Part shown: piece after piece, positions 27,111 through 41,139 of the stretch | How positions within the stretch are numbered: position 1 is the stretch's first letter | Layout: each line of letters begins with the position of its first letter | Source: Octopus sinensis | Lineage: Eukaryota | Length of the DNA stretch: 64,000 nt | NCBI RefSeq assembly: GCF_006345805.1 | Contig: NC_043003.1 | Location: 57,722,001-57,786,000 of the forward strand | Direction: 5' to 3' | Position numbers and translations under genes: made by a program | Notes under the pieces: model-generated | Seen by the model: the letters and a program-made list of their open reading frames with translations, nothing else | Databases searched by the model: none | What the model was told of the DNA's origin: nothing

Positions 27111-28164
27111 ATTTCTTGTAGTAGCAAAGAAGTTGGATTCTGGGACCTAATGGTTTGTGTTAAGTGTTGGGTGGCCAAATGAAACAAGAGATTGTTCCTC
27201 ATGGTTAAGCTGTGGCAGCTGTCGTGGTGACCCCAGATGACTTAAGTGCTGGAAGTTGCCTGATGGTCAGGCATGTCAAGTGATTGTTCCTGATGGTTAG
27301 ACGTTGGGAGGGCTCTGATGGTTAAAATACGTTAAGTACTGGCATCCTACGATTTGATGTGTTAAGAGTTGGGGATTGAATGCTGTTAGATGATGTCAAG
27401 TGCTAACTTGTTGTACCGAGTGGTGGTGGCGGTGGCGGCGGTGCTGCTGCTGATGATGATGATGACAGTGTTTAAATACGTACATATGTACATACGTGTT
27501 GAATGTCTTAAGTGGGGTTTAGTATTTCCGTTTGCGTGTAATGTCATTCCAGTGCAAGTCTCATGTTGTAGTGTAATACAAATATTTCGGTATCAATAAT
27601 CATTCACACACATACACACACACACACATACAGTTGTACATATGTGTACATGTACATATACACATACATATTCATATACGTACATAAGACATGTACATGC
27701 ATACACACACCCACATAAATCTATACAGGTAATTAGCTGGATTGGTAGCTACAAAGTCCGACTAGTCATTAGTTATTTACGAAGTTGATGGAGGAGGGGA
27801 CCAAGGGTATTTGTGGAGGAAACCTGGTGCAATATACAACTTTACCCGAGTACACACACACACATACACACATGCATACACACACACACACGCGCATACA
27901 CACACACACATGCATACACTATGCATCATACATGTACTAATAAATTGTACTTATTTACTAGTAGTATATGAAGCCAACAGTACTCAACAGCTGGTCAGTT
28001 GGTTAGTTGACTGGTTGGTTGGTTGGTCCATCCATTGTGTGGTCGGTCCTTTTTTTATAGTTGTTGTTTGGCCCAAGGACAGCTCTGATCAAGCTGACCC
28101 CAAAGAGAGCAAATGAATTCTAGCCATCACTCAACTGTCTTTTTACTGGGTTATAGAAATGACT

Positions 28165-28439
28165 AAAGAACTTTGCTTCCCAACCACATGGTTCCAGGTT
28201 CAGCCTCATTGCATGGCACTTTCTTAGGCTACTATAACCATGGGTCAACAAATGTCTTGTGAGTGAATTTGGTAGATGGAAACTATGAGGAAACCCATCA
28301 TATATGTACACACATAAATATATATGTTTGTGCTTGTTTGTCTTCACCCCCCCCCTGCGTTGATTTGCTTGCATCCCTTTAACCTAGCAGTTCAGCAAAA
28401 GGAGACTAATGCAATAAATACCTGACTTGGAAAAGCAAA

Positions 28440-28470
<31 letters not shown>

Positions 28471-28562
28471 TATCTTGTGGCTGATTTGTTTAAATTAAAC
28501 TCTTGAAGGCAGTGCTCCAGCATGGTCGCAGTCAGATGACTGAAAGCGAGTAAAAGATAAGA
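28165..28562 (+). mobile_element. SINE family A, diverged
   Basis: Head, internal microsatellite and CAGCATGGTCGCAGTC..GACTGAAA tail. Confidence 0.8.
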
Positions 28563-29130
28563 CAGGAAAGGTGTGTGGTTTGAGTGAGATCTGATTGCTG
28601 CTGCTGTTTCTAGCAGACTGAATGACTACATAGCAGCTTCCTTCTAGGTGTGTGGCATTTATAACTTGAACTGAGATATGACATTAGTGAGTGACTAAGT
28701 TAGAGCTAGGACTTTCTGACCACCACCACCACCACCACCACCATCACCACCATTACCACTGTTGTGGCCACCACCACCACCGCCATACCTGAGTTATTAG
28801 ATCTTCCAATACACTCGTTACGTTGACTAACTCACGAGTGATTTATGTTATCCACTGTACAAACCATGTCATTACTGGCACATTTCTGGTTTAGTTCATT
28901 TTGTACCTAGATACCTGTGATTATAGATAGGTAGATATGTGTGAATATACTTATGTAGATATGTATGCATATATATATATATATATACACATACGTATAT
29001 ATACATACATAATATCTATGCCCATTCATTCATATGAACATACATAGATACATACACACAAACTCTCTCACACACACACATGTATACACCACATGCCAGC
29101 ATGGAACATGGATATTAAATCATGATATAG

Positions 29131-29171
<41 letters not shown>

Positions 29172-29358
29172 TGAATAAATGTGTGTGTGTAGATAAAATC
29201 CAAATCTGACTTCTTGCTCACATTTTATATACTCACATATACATGCTTATTATATACATAGATAAAAAAGTACAATACCAAAATGAAGATTGTCAATTTC
29301 ACTTTATCACCAGAGTTGCTTAGTATAAGGTTCTTATATTTTTATATGTTCACATGTA

Positions 29359-29389
<31 letters not shown>

Positions 29390-29470
29390 ATATATCTATA
29401 TATATATATATATATATATAAGCAAAATAAGACAAGGTAGAAAATGCTAAAATTATTTTATCATGAAGAA

Positions 29471-29515
29471 CGTTTTAGTACTGGTTTCAGTCTTTGCGAC
29501 TTTTTCAACTTAGAG
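29471..29515 (-). ncRNA. Degenerate minimal type I hammerhead-like motif (Penelope-like terminus remnant)
   Basis: Minus strand reads UUGAAAA-AGUC GCAAA GACU-GAAA-C CA G-UA. It has a U3:A8 core pair, a 4-bp stem II and a GUA triplet. Stem I is mostly decayed. It lies 50 nt from (TA)n. Confidence 0.45.
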
Positions 29516-29806
29516 TACAGCATGAGGCATTGCTTGATATTTCAACATTTCTATTAAGTCTATTATATGCTCATACTATGGTTGTCCATGGCTGAGACAG
29601 GCATAATGCTCAATGGAAAATATCCATAATGCAATAAAGGCATGCGTTTTTCAGCATAGATAGTCACTCTCTGAACACCTACTGCAAGTGGCAGCCATCA
29701 GTGCAAAAGAGTATATTTCCTTTGCATCCATGTAGCTCATGTTTAAGAAGACAACCAAGAGATGCCACTACATGAAATCAAATTGCAGCCATCAAGTGTA
29801 TGCATA

Positions 29807-29842
<36 letters not shown>

Positions 29843-29853
29843 CATATATATAC

Positions 29854-29893
<40 letters not shown>

Positions 29894-29895
<2 letters not shown>

Positions 29896-30062
29896 CATCC
29901 TTGTTATCATCATCATCATCAGCAGCATCCTTTAACATCAGTTTTCCATGCTGGCATGGGTTGGATGGTTTGACAAGACCTGTCTGATTTAGCTTGGTTT
30001 CTACAACTGGAAGCCCTTCCTAATGCCAACCACTTTACAGTGTATTATTTAACGTGGCACCA
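29894..30062 (-). mobile_element. Family B retroposon, 3' part
   Basis: (ATC)n..TTTTCCATGCTGGCATGGGTT..CCCTTCCTAATGCCAACCAC. Confidence 0.8.
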
Positions 30063-30157
30063 GCTTGGGGCTCTTACAGGTCAATCCTCTTCATCTGCAG
30101 GGAGTGGCACATATATACATTATATATATATATGCATGCACAATGCACACAGGTCGA

Positions 30158-30358
30158 CCTTTTAGCATCGGAATTACTCTAACAAAATGCAACACTTACT
30201 TATTCACACTATCTTGAATTAATCCGGCATTATCTTATAACTTCAAGATTTTGATGATGCGATTGTCGGATAGGTGTGAAAGGTCAGATCTGGTCAGTTT
30301 GAACTCAAATACAGATAGAATATTTGGACCAGATATGGCAAGTTTAAATGCTAAAAGG
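30158..30358 (+). mobile_element. piggyBac-like MITE
   Basis: CCTTTTAGCAT..AATGCTAAAAGG|TTAA, same family as 6618. Confidence 0.8.
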
Positions 30359-31497
30359 TTAAGTGGTTATTGGTACAGATTCCGAGTTTTCTGCTAAGCC
30401 AAGTTACGTCTCAAAAAACTATACCACGTTGTCCATTTCTCTTCACTGCCAAGCTTACTTAATGTTCTACATTGCCTTGGATAAACTGATAGCTTCTGTT
30501 CAGTGAAACTATGCAATATTCTGTGTGTGTGTGTGTGGCACTCAAGTGGGTGTTGAGAGTGTAATTTTTTTTTCTCTCCTTTTTCAATGATTATAAGTAG
30601 CTTTCTTTGTCTCGTTAATACAGCAATATAGTTTCTGTCTTGTGATCTTCTTTTTGTGGTATAGCGCACAGTTTTTTTTTTATCAACTGTCTGTATACTG
30701 AGGTGTGTGTTTGCGTCTTTATATATGTGTGTGTGTGTGTGTGTATGTATATATATGTATGCATGCATATATATATGTGTGTGTGTATCTATATATATGT
30801 ATGTATATTTATGTTTGTGTGTGTATATATATATATATGTGTATATATATGCATATATATATATGTATATATATGTATATATATATGTATGTATATATAT
30901 GTATATGTGCATATATGTGTATATATGTATATATATATATGTATGTGTATATATATATATCTATGTATGTATATATGTATGTGTATATATATATATATAT
31001 ATTATATATGTGTGTATCTATATGTAGTATTCTATATGTGTATATATATATGTATGTATATATGTATGTGATATAGTTATATATATATATATATATATCT
31101 ATATATATATATATATATATATATAGATATATATACATACAACACATGTCTTTCCATGTGTGTGTCCAGGAGGCAGGCTATCAATGCGTTCATTTCTCTG
31201 TCAACATATGTTCATGTGTCTCTGTGTGTATCTTGTGACAATGTTGCCTGAAATATATAGTTTTTATCAAACGTGTATGTGCACACATGTGTGGATGTGT
31301 GTTGATTTTAAAAATAATAGGCAGCATCAATTTAATATATCCATGTGTGTGTGTGTGTGTGTGTGTGTGTAGCAGTATATGTGTGTTTTTTCTCATCATG
31401 GTTTTTCTGTATTCGCCATGATCTTGTTATCTTATCTTTTGGTTTGATGATATTCTGCTGTTTATTACATGTGATAAAGCAATGTGTGGTCTTTGTG

Positions 31498-31538
<41 letters not shown>

Positions 31539-31914
31539 AATGTGTGTATGTATGTATGTATAAATGTAATATAATACATAGACATTATACAACCTGATTG
31601 CCTCTCTCCTTTTCTCTCTCTTGATGTGTGTGTGTGTGTGTGTGTGTGTGTGTCTGTCTGTCTGTCTATATATATATGTATATGTATGTATATATATGTG
31701 TGCATATATATATATATGTGTCTGTTCATATATATGTATATATATAGTATGTATATATATATATATTGTATATATATATATGTATATATAGAGTATATAT
31801 ATGTATATATATATATGTATGTATAGAGTATATATATGTATATGTATATCATATATGTATGTATAGAGTATATATATGTATCTATATGTATGATGTATAT
31901 ATATATATATATAT

Positions 31915-31954
<40 letters not shown>

Positions 31955-32686
31955 TATTTGTCAACATCCCCACATCAGTCTGTGCCTCCACATTTAAAAT
32001 GTCATATCGTTTACCAACGTCTTCTGCTACTGTACTGCTTGTCATAACATTTTTATCACACACAAAACTTTTTTTGTGACTATTTACTCACACTCTTCCC
32101 CCTATGTATGTGTCTATATATACATATCTCTGTATGTCTGTGTGTCCTCTCTACTTCTGGGTAATATTAACATGGTATAGGAGTTGGCGGGTCTGTGTGC
32201 GTCTTTCTCTATCTGTTTCCTTTTTTTCTCTTTTATCACTGTGTAATTACTTTTTGGGGTAGAAGCGGGTATTCGTGTATGTGTGATGCGTGTGTTTGTA
32301 CATTACGTGTGTGTGTGTGGTTTATATAAACACCGCATACATTATGTTTATGTACGTACATACATACATGTATATAATATATATATATATATATCTATAT
32401 ATATATATATATATATTATATTAGATATATGTATAAATCTATGTATATTATATTATATATATATATATCTATATATATAATATACTATATATATATGTAT
32501 ATAATGTGTGTGTAATATGTGTGTGTATATATATGAATATGTATATATGTACTTATATGTTGTTTATAATGTGTGTGTGTGCATGAGTGTGTATGTATAC
32601 CACACCACATGCATAGTTTTCTTTTGTCTTTAATCTTTTATTACATACAGTGTGACTGCGTCCATGAAGATATTTTATATAGATAC

Positions 32687-32725
<39 letters not shown>

Positions 32726-32793
32726 CTTATATATATATATATATATATATATACATACATACATATTTAATATATATATATATATATACATAC

Positions 32794-32829
<36 letters not shown>

Positions 32830-33161
32830 CACACATATACATACGTACACAAACACACACATATGTATCTATCTATATAATATGTGTGTGTGTACAGTAT
32901 GTACATACATGTTTGTATATACATGCGTATATATACGCATACAAAGAAGTATGTATACAGGTACATCTGTATTATCTTGATCTGTTCATCAGTCACTTCA
33001 TATCAGAGTAGTCTCCTGTGGAGAAACTTCACTGTGTAATTAAGGTGAGCAAAAATCTAAGTCATAAAGAATTTCCACACTTAACCAGGCTTTTTCTTTT
33101 CTTTCGGCTTTCTCGTTATTTCTTGATTTAATAAACCTATATACATACCTGTACTACATAC

Positions 33162-33214
<53 letters not shown>

Positions 33215-33446
33215 TCCATACTAGTGTTCATACATATATATCGTGCATGTGTGTATGTATACATACATATATGTATGTATCCATATGAGTGTTCATGCAT
33301 ATATATTTGTGTGTGTCTGTGTGTGTGCGTGCATGCATATATATGTGTGTGTATGTGTGGGGATATATAAATGCATAAACATATGTATCCAGATAAGTCT
33401 TTTTGCATATATGTGTGTGTGTGAGTGTGTACGCGCATATAAATAC

Positions 33447-33487
<41 letters not shown>

Positions 33488-33490
<3 letters not shown>

Positions 33491-33630
33491 CATCCAGCTG
33501 TAGAAACACTGCCAGATCAGACTGGAGCCTGGTGCAGCCTCCTGGCTTCCCAGACCCCGGTCGAACTGTCCAACCCATGCTAGCACAGAAAATGGATGTT
33601 AAACGATAATGATGATGATGATGATGATGA
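33488..33630 (+). mobile_element. Family B retroposon, 3' part
   Basis: GCATCCAGCTGTAGAAACACTGCCAGATCAGACTGGAGCC..(GAT)n. Confidence 0.88.
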
Positions 33631-33967
33631 TATATATATATGTAGAAGCATATCTATACACACGTCTATATGTGTGTAAATATACCCAAATCAGATCTCC
33701 ATCTCGCTTTCTGTCTCTCTCTCTCTCTCTATATATATATATAAATATATGTGTGTGTGTGGGTGTATTTGTGTTTGTGTGTGTGTGTGTGTGTGTATTG
33801 GTATGTGTTTCCCATCTTATGTTTTGGTTGCATATGCAACCTCTTGTGACCAACAGATACTTTAGGAATTGATTTCAAATTAACTTATCTCTTTCTGTGC
33901 TATCTAAGGCAATAAATAGTTGCAGGCTCATCTAGATGTCCCTAAAGGTTACTGTGAAGTAAATATT

Positions 33968-34477
33968 TACGTCAGATGGGTGTGGCACAGAAAAAGCACT
34001 GGTCATGGTGTCAAAGAAAAAGCACTGTTGAGGGTGCCATGTAAAACTCATAGTAATGGTACTGTGCCATGGTAAAGGTGCCATTTCAAAAAGCCGTGTT
34101 GGTGGTGTTACACAAAAAGCACTGGTCCTGGGGTACCATAAAAAGTACTCTTGATGGTGTCATAGAAAAAGGTCTGGTGATGGTGCCATGTAAAAAGCAC
34201 TGGTGATGGTACCATGTGAAAGGCACCCGCGCTAGTGCCACATAAAAAGGCACCCATGCTGGTGCCAGGTAAAACACAGTTGTGATGGTGCCATGTAAAA
34301 AGCACCCAGTACACTCGTGAAAGTGGTTGATACTAGGAAGGGCATCCAGCCATAGAAACCATGCCAAAACAGACTTTGGAACCTGGTGCTACTCTCGGGC
34401 CTTGCCAGCTCCTGTTGAGCCATCCAACCCATGCCCGCATGGAAAAACGGACATTAAATGATAATGCTGATGATGAT
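33968..34477 (+). mobile_element. Family B retroposon with internal ~26-bp minisatellite (about 13 units)
   Basis: Units resemble GGTGCCATGTAAAAAGCACTGGTGAT (33968-34310), followed by the family B 3' end. Confidence 0.85.
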
Positions 34478-34604
34478 TGTAGTACGCTCACCATAAGCAA
34501 TTGTCACAAAGAGACAAATTATGATGTGCTTTATGAGTTTCATATAACTAGTCCCCACCACCACCACCACCACCACCATTACCACCTCTTTCATGGTCCT
34601 TGCC

Positions 34605-34785
34605 TGAGTCATGTAAAAAGCACCCAGTACACTCTAGCAGGTGTTAGGAAGGGCATCCTGCTGTAGAAACTATTTTCCATAGCAGACGCTGGACTTCGAA
34701 GTAGTTCTCTGGCTTGTTGGATCCTATCAAGCTGTCTCAGGCATCTAACCCATACCAGCATAGAAGACAGACATTAAATGATGAA
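34605..34785 (+). mobile_element. Family B retroposon, 3' part
   Basis: GTAAAAAGCACCCAGTACACTC..AGGAAGGGCATCC..AACCCATACCAGCAT. Confidence 0.8.
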
Positions 34786-34937
34786 AATCAAAACACACAC
34801 ATCCATCCTACATACATATGTATATATATTATGTATTATGTATGTCTATATACATACATTTTATTTGTGTATATGTGCATGTGTTTATAAATGTATGATT
34901 AAGTATATATATAAACAGTATATATGTGTGTGTGTTT

Positions 34938-34981
<44 letters not shown>

Positions 34982-35571
34982 TATATAAAGTTGATATGTG
35001 TTTGTGTATAAATGCACATTTATATATGTGTATTGGTGCATTTATTTTTGTGTATAAATATGAGCATATCGATATTTGTGTGTGTGTATACATACATACA
35101 TATATATGTATATACATGTGTGTTTGTGTGCATGTATGTATATGCATATATATATATGCATGTATGTGTATATATATATGCATGTATGTATATACATATA
35201 TGCATATAAATGTAATACTGTCTTTTTTTTCTTCACCATTATTCAATGAAAGAACTCTTCAAAGACCATTAGCTTCAAGAAGTGGAATTGCTATGTTCAT
35301 TAATGCCTATTTACACACTATTACTCATTTTTACTGTCTGCCAAGGAGACATTCTATCAGACTTCTTCTACATCATTTTCACACCTTAATTAATATCTTT
35401 CCTATTGTACTGCTTTGTACTCTGTTCCAAAGAAGAAATCGGAAAAAGGAAAAAGACATATAAAAAGGGGAAAAAAAAAAGATTAAAAAGAACAAACTAA
35501 TCATACCCCACCCCTCACTCCCTGCTACCTCTCTTCCAAATCACTACACTTCCTAAGGTATAACTTGTTGA

Positions 35572-35599
<28 letters not shown>

Positions 35600-35602
<3 letters not shown>

Positions 35603-35890
35603 TACATCCAGTGTAATATGGATGTTGCGTTAGAACAGAATATACTGCATTATTAGTCTCGAGAGACCGACCCTCTTATATAAGTGCTTGGTGCACAAAA
35701 GCACACGCATAGATAGTAGCTGACGAAATTTGTCTGTGATGGGCTCTGAGATTCCCATATCACATGATTTTGTTCTCTTACTCCTCTGCAGCAGGAAGCA
35801 CCAATCACTGCATGCTAGCCAAATCTTGCGCCTACATGAGAAGTTCTTTCAAGGCTAATAAAGCAGTGTTCGGTGTTCTAAATTAGCATG
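35600..35890 (+). mobile_element. Possible LTR fragment
   Basis: It begins TGTTAC after (TA)n, with TATATAA at 35677 and AATAAA at 35857. No matching end or TSD was found. Confidence 0.25.
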
Positions 35891-36315
35891 CATCCTAAGT
35901 TAGGTATAAAGATTACCTAATGGTATTAAAACTGCTTCCATTGCTAATAATTGTAAGTGGATTTAGTAAATAGTAACAGAAAGAAGCTCTCCTTATGTGT
36001 GTGTGTTTGTGTACATGCGGTCGTATATTGTATATGTATGTGTGTGTGTATCAAACATGATTATAAATACTGAATGCACGAGTTCCGCTGAGCCGGGCAT
36101 GTCACGAGGTTCACGAACAATAGGGGAAATCCTTGAAATCACTGTGTAGTAACCAGAGTAGTGATCAGAAATGGTCAGTCAGAAGGCCCCCCCCCCCCCC
36201 GCAACAACAGGATGACAGTTTAGTTTCACATTTTGGACCAAGATGGATAAAAGCATGCAATCTAGAAAGGACTGCAAGTACACTGTAATCAGTAGTGTTT
36301 ATATAGCAACAACAA

Positions 36316-36800
36316 CCAAAGCCTTGTGAGTGGATTTGGTAGGCAAATTTGGTGTGTGTGTGTGTGTGTTTGTTCCCCCCTTCTCCCCCATTGCTTGACA
36401 ACCTATGTTGGTGTGTGTGAGTGGATTTGGTAGACAGAAACTTAAAGAAGCTCGTCATATATCATCATCATCATCATCATTTAACGTCCGCTTTCCATGC
36501 TAGCATGAGTTGGACTATTTGACTGAGGTCTTGGCGAACCAGACTCCAATCTGATCTGGCAGAGTTTCTACAGCTGGATGCCCTTGTGTCTGTGTTTGCC
36601 CCCCCCTTCCCAAACATTGCTTGACAACTGATGCTGGTGCGTTTACGTTCCCATAACTTAGCAGTTCGGCAAAAGAGACGGATAGAATAAGTACTAGGCT
36701 TACAAAGAATAAGTCCTGGAGTCGATTTGCTTGACTAAAGCGGTACTCCAGCATGGCCACAATCCCATGACTGAAACAAGTAAAAAAGAGAGTAAAAGAG
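36316..36800 (+). mobile_element. SINE family A with an antisense family B insertion (36460-36585) in its internal microsatellite
   Basis: Family A segments flank a reverse-oriented family B 3' end. Confidence 0.8.
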
Positions 36801-36989
36801 TAAGTAAATGAATGGAAATCAGACCATGTTAAAAAATGAGTGTGTTAAATTAATAAGGCACTAGAAGAGAATGACTCTCCAGACACAATAAAATATGCTT
36901 CAATACACAAATTCACATAAAGAATCTTGCAAACCAAATACAAAAACAAAATTTTATTCATTGCTTTTGTTTCAAAGAATAATGATTGA

Positions 36990-37212
36990 CCCTTTTGCAA
37001 TGCTCCTGTCTGAGACCAACCCTGATTCTATGAAGCTAAATTCCTGTTTTACATGTGATGTAAATTGAAACCGTCTGTCAAAATTTCATGTTAATTTAAC
37101 TTCCAAAAACTTAAATAATAACAAAGTTATTCTACTAAATACTTCATTATTTTTCAAAATTAACTGAAACAAAAGGCAATATATTTTTAGTGGAAATATG
37201 GTAACCAAAGGT
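36990..37212 (+). mobile_element. piggyBac-like MITE, second family
   Basis: TTGA|CCCTTTTG..GGTAACCAAAGGT|TTAA. The interior is related to the fragment at 43195-43345. Confidence 0.6.
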
Positions 37213-38856
37213 TTAATAAAACAGTGAGTAGAACTAATAGTTTTTATTATTTTTTTTTTTAGTAAATTTTTATCTTGTAAAATAATTTTTTAAAATATAG
37301 TTTTCAAATATAAGAGAATTAATATACAAGGACCGTGTAATTGAAATTTTGAATAAAATAGTAGAATGCCATCTGGTCTTTCATTCATTTTTTTCTCTTT
37401 AAACGGAAAATTTATTGAAAATAAATTATCCATCCACAAAATGATACTTCAGCAAAAATTTCATTTGGTTAGGGATTTTTTGTTTTTGTTTATTTTTTTT
37501 TCCCCCATCTCTCATAGTATTCCATTTTCCTTTAATCTCTTGTGTACCACAGAGTCAAAGAAGATTAAGAACCGTTGTTTTGAACACTTTATATCAGAGA
37601 ATTTCCAGAATAAGGGACTGTAAATATTTAATCGAAGTATAATTATGGAATGCAGTTGGGTATAAGTGTGTGTGCGTGTGTGTGTGTTATTGTGTTGCTA
37701 TCATCATCATCGTTGTCATCATTTAACATCCCACTTTTCCTTGCTTCCATGAGCCAGATGTTATTTGTTGATGCTGATTTTCTACAGACGGATGCATTTC
37801 CTGATCCCAACCCTTACCCAGTGCTATCTCAAGGCATGGGCACACTGAGCACCTGCTTGGATCTCTCACATTTTTAGGGACCCAATTCTAATCTATATAT
37901 ATATATATGTTCTGGCTTGTTGTCAATGTATAAATACTATAGGGATCAGTGCATTGATATGTCTAGGGACCTAGAATGTTGTTAAGACACCCTTGCCCTT
38001 ACTTTCCACCCCTGCCTACACATATTTTTCACATAACACTGGAAGTAAACAACCCCACTTGTACAACAATGATGCTTACTTACAACCATCATATGATGCT
38101 TAGACAAGGGTACACACACCCCAGAGACAGCGCTAGAGAGAAGCTGGTTTTCTGTAGTTGAGAATAAACCCCTGTGCTGTTTTTATATTCTAAGGAACCA
38201 TGGGACACAGGGTGGAGATTCTGACAAGAAAGAATCTCTCCTGAATATCCTGATTTTTTAAAATTTTATTTTATTTAGTTATTTGTTATCTGTTGTAGGG
38301 GGTGGAGGAGGGTGGGTGTTTGGATTCTTCGTTCTTAGCTTTTAGAGAAGAAGAAGAAGAAGAAAGGGTAGGTTGGGGAAAAGGGGGAAGGATGTGCATT
38401 TTTGTTCTCTTGTCTGTTTTTTTGTTTTTTTTTCTTACCGTTGATTATTACCTGGTTCTTCATGATGATAGGGTTCTTCCATTGCTTCATGTCTCACCTC
38501 ACTCTTCATCTTCTGCACCATCAGCAGCAGCAGCAGCAGCACCACCACCACCACCACCACCATCATCATCGCCATCATTGCCACCACCACCACCATCACC
38601 ACCACCACCATCACCACCACCATCATTATCATCATCACTATAGCCACCACCACCGTCACCGCCATCATTATTATCCACACCACCGCCATCAGCAGCATCA
38701 TCACCACCATCATTTCTCCAAATTCTTCTTGTCAGTAACATTTATTTTCTTTGAGGGTGGAGGCGGGAGGGAGGGGGAATGATTTTATTTTTGTGTATTG
38801 AGGAAGACATTCCACCCCCCCCACCCCCATATCTCCATCCACCCCTTTTGTATATG

Positions 38857-39490
38857 TTTATATATATATACATTCTTTTTTTGTGAATTCTCCCTATATA
38901 TATATACATTCTTTTTTTGTGAATTCTCCCTATATATATATACATTCTTTTTTTGTGAATTCTCCCTATATATATATACATTCTTTTTTGTGAATCTCCC
39001 TATATATATATATACTTCTTTTTTTGGTGAATTCTCACCTGTATTTAATATATATATATACATTCTTTTTTTGTGAATTCTCCCTATATATATATACATT
39101 CTTTTTTTGTGAATTCTCCCTATATATATATATACATTCTTTTTTGTGAATTCTCCCTATATATATATATACATTTTTTTGTGAATTCTCCTATATATAT
39201 ATATACATTCTTTTTTTGAATTCTCCCTATATATATATATACATTCTTTTTTTGTGAATTCTCCCTATATATATATACATTCTTTTTTTGTGAATTCTCC
39301 CTATATATATATATACATTCTTTTTTTGTGAATTCTCCCTATATATATATATACATTCTTTTTTTGTGAATTCTCCCTATATATATATATACATTCTTTT
39401 TTTGTGAATTCTCCCTATATATATATATACATTCTTTTTTGTGAATTCTCCCTATATATATATATATCTTTATTTGTAATTCTATATATA
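38857..39490. repeat. Minisatellite, ~37-bp unit, about 17 copies
   Basis: Unit (TA)nCATTC(T)nGTGAATTCTCCC, with GAATTC in most units. Confidence 0.95.
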
Positions 39491-40106
39491 TATATATATA
39501 TAGTATATATATAATATATATATATATATTTTATATATATATATTGATATTATAATTTGGCTGTTTGGCACTGAGGTCTGTTTCATGCATCTGTCAAACG
39601 TGGCACTGTTATTTCATTGCATCTCGTGCAATTCTTCACCAGAATCTTACTCTTGATTCTTTTCTTCTTTTTTTTTTAATCACATTATTTCTCTCTCCTC
39701 TCTCACGTTCCATCCCTAGAAATATATTTTGCGCTTGCATTATTGTGCCTGCTTCTTCGTATGTGTGCATGCACACACACACACACACACACACATGCAT
39801 GTGTGTGCATGTGTGCATATATAATCTATCTATATATATGCATATACATACATACATAAATATATATATATATACAAGTATATATAGATATGTAAGTATA
39901 TATTTATATATATATATATATATACGTTATATTTGTATATGTATATATACCACAATATATAGAATGTATTATATATATATGTAATGTATATATATATATG
40001 TAATGTATATATATAATATATAAGTATATATATATATATACTTATATATTTTATATATGTATATATATATATACACACACATACAACATATATATGTATA
40101 TTGATG

Positions 40107-40141
<35 letters not shown>

Positions 40142-41139
40142 ACTTATATATATATATGTTGTAAATCATGGAATTAACATGTCAGTGCTACATTCTTCAC
40201 ATATATATATACATTCACTCACACGCATACACAAATGCAAGCATACATCCTCACACAGTTACACACATACACCCACAGTCCCGCACACCTACATCCTCTC
40301 ATGCATGCCCCCACAGACATCCACAAACGAGCGCGCATACATTCACACACACACACGCACACATACATTCACACACACACTCACATACTTTCACATACAC
40401 ACACACATACATTCACATACACGCACATAAATGCACACATACATTCACGCATGCACACTTACATTCACACGTACACTCACACGAACATTCACTTACACAC
40501 ACACACCACACACACACACACACACACATACATACACAGAAATAAACACACATACAAAAATTCAAAGATAATGGCTTGTTGGCCTACACTTTTCTCGTTT
40601 CCTTTTTTGACTTTGCTGTAAATTATCATATTGCTAATTTCTTGGAGTTTAGCGAAAAACACACACACACACACACACATTTACAATACTCTCCTGTATA
40701 ACAAAATAAGCATCTGTGTACACACACTCTTTCATGTGTGCGCGTTGTGTGCTGTGTATGTTTGTATGTGGATCAGGAAAAGTGCAAGAAGTGATATCTG
40801 TCATCAAATCTATTCATGTCCATGAGATGAGAATCCTGCGTTGACATGATACTAATTATAATTAATACAACTGATAATGATGCCCACGGTGCTGGCGAAA
40901 TGAGGATATAATGAAGGAAACTTATCACGTTTACATACATGCACACACACACACACACACACACACACTGACGTCTTTGCCGTTACATCAACCTTCTGCT
41001 CTATATCGCTGATGTCTTGAGGGGTTAAATAAATATTGCACTGTAAAATATGGTTGTCTTCATCTTCCTGCCATTCTTCTATCTCCCTCTCTCTCTCTCT
41101 CTGCTTGATATATTTTCTTCTGTTCTTTTGTTCCTTTTT

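Noticed and set aside
35973-35978. GTAACA as the right end of a 379-bp solo LTR
   Set aside because: It lies inside a decayed SINE A segment (GTGGATTT..GAAAGAAGC) and no TSD matches.
38857-39490. CRISPR-like array
   Set aside because: There are no unique spacers, the context is eukaryotic, and no cas genes are present. It is a tandem minisatellite.
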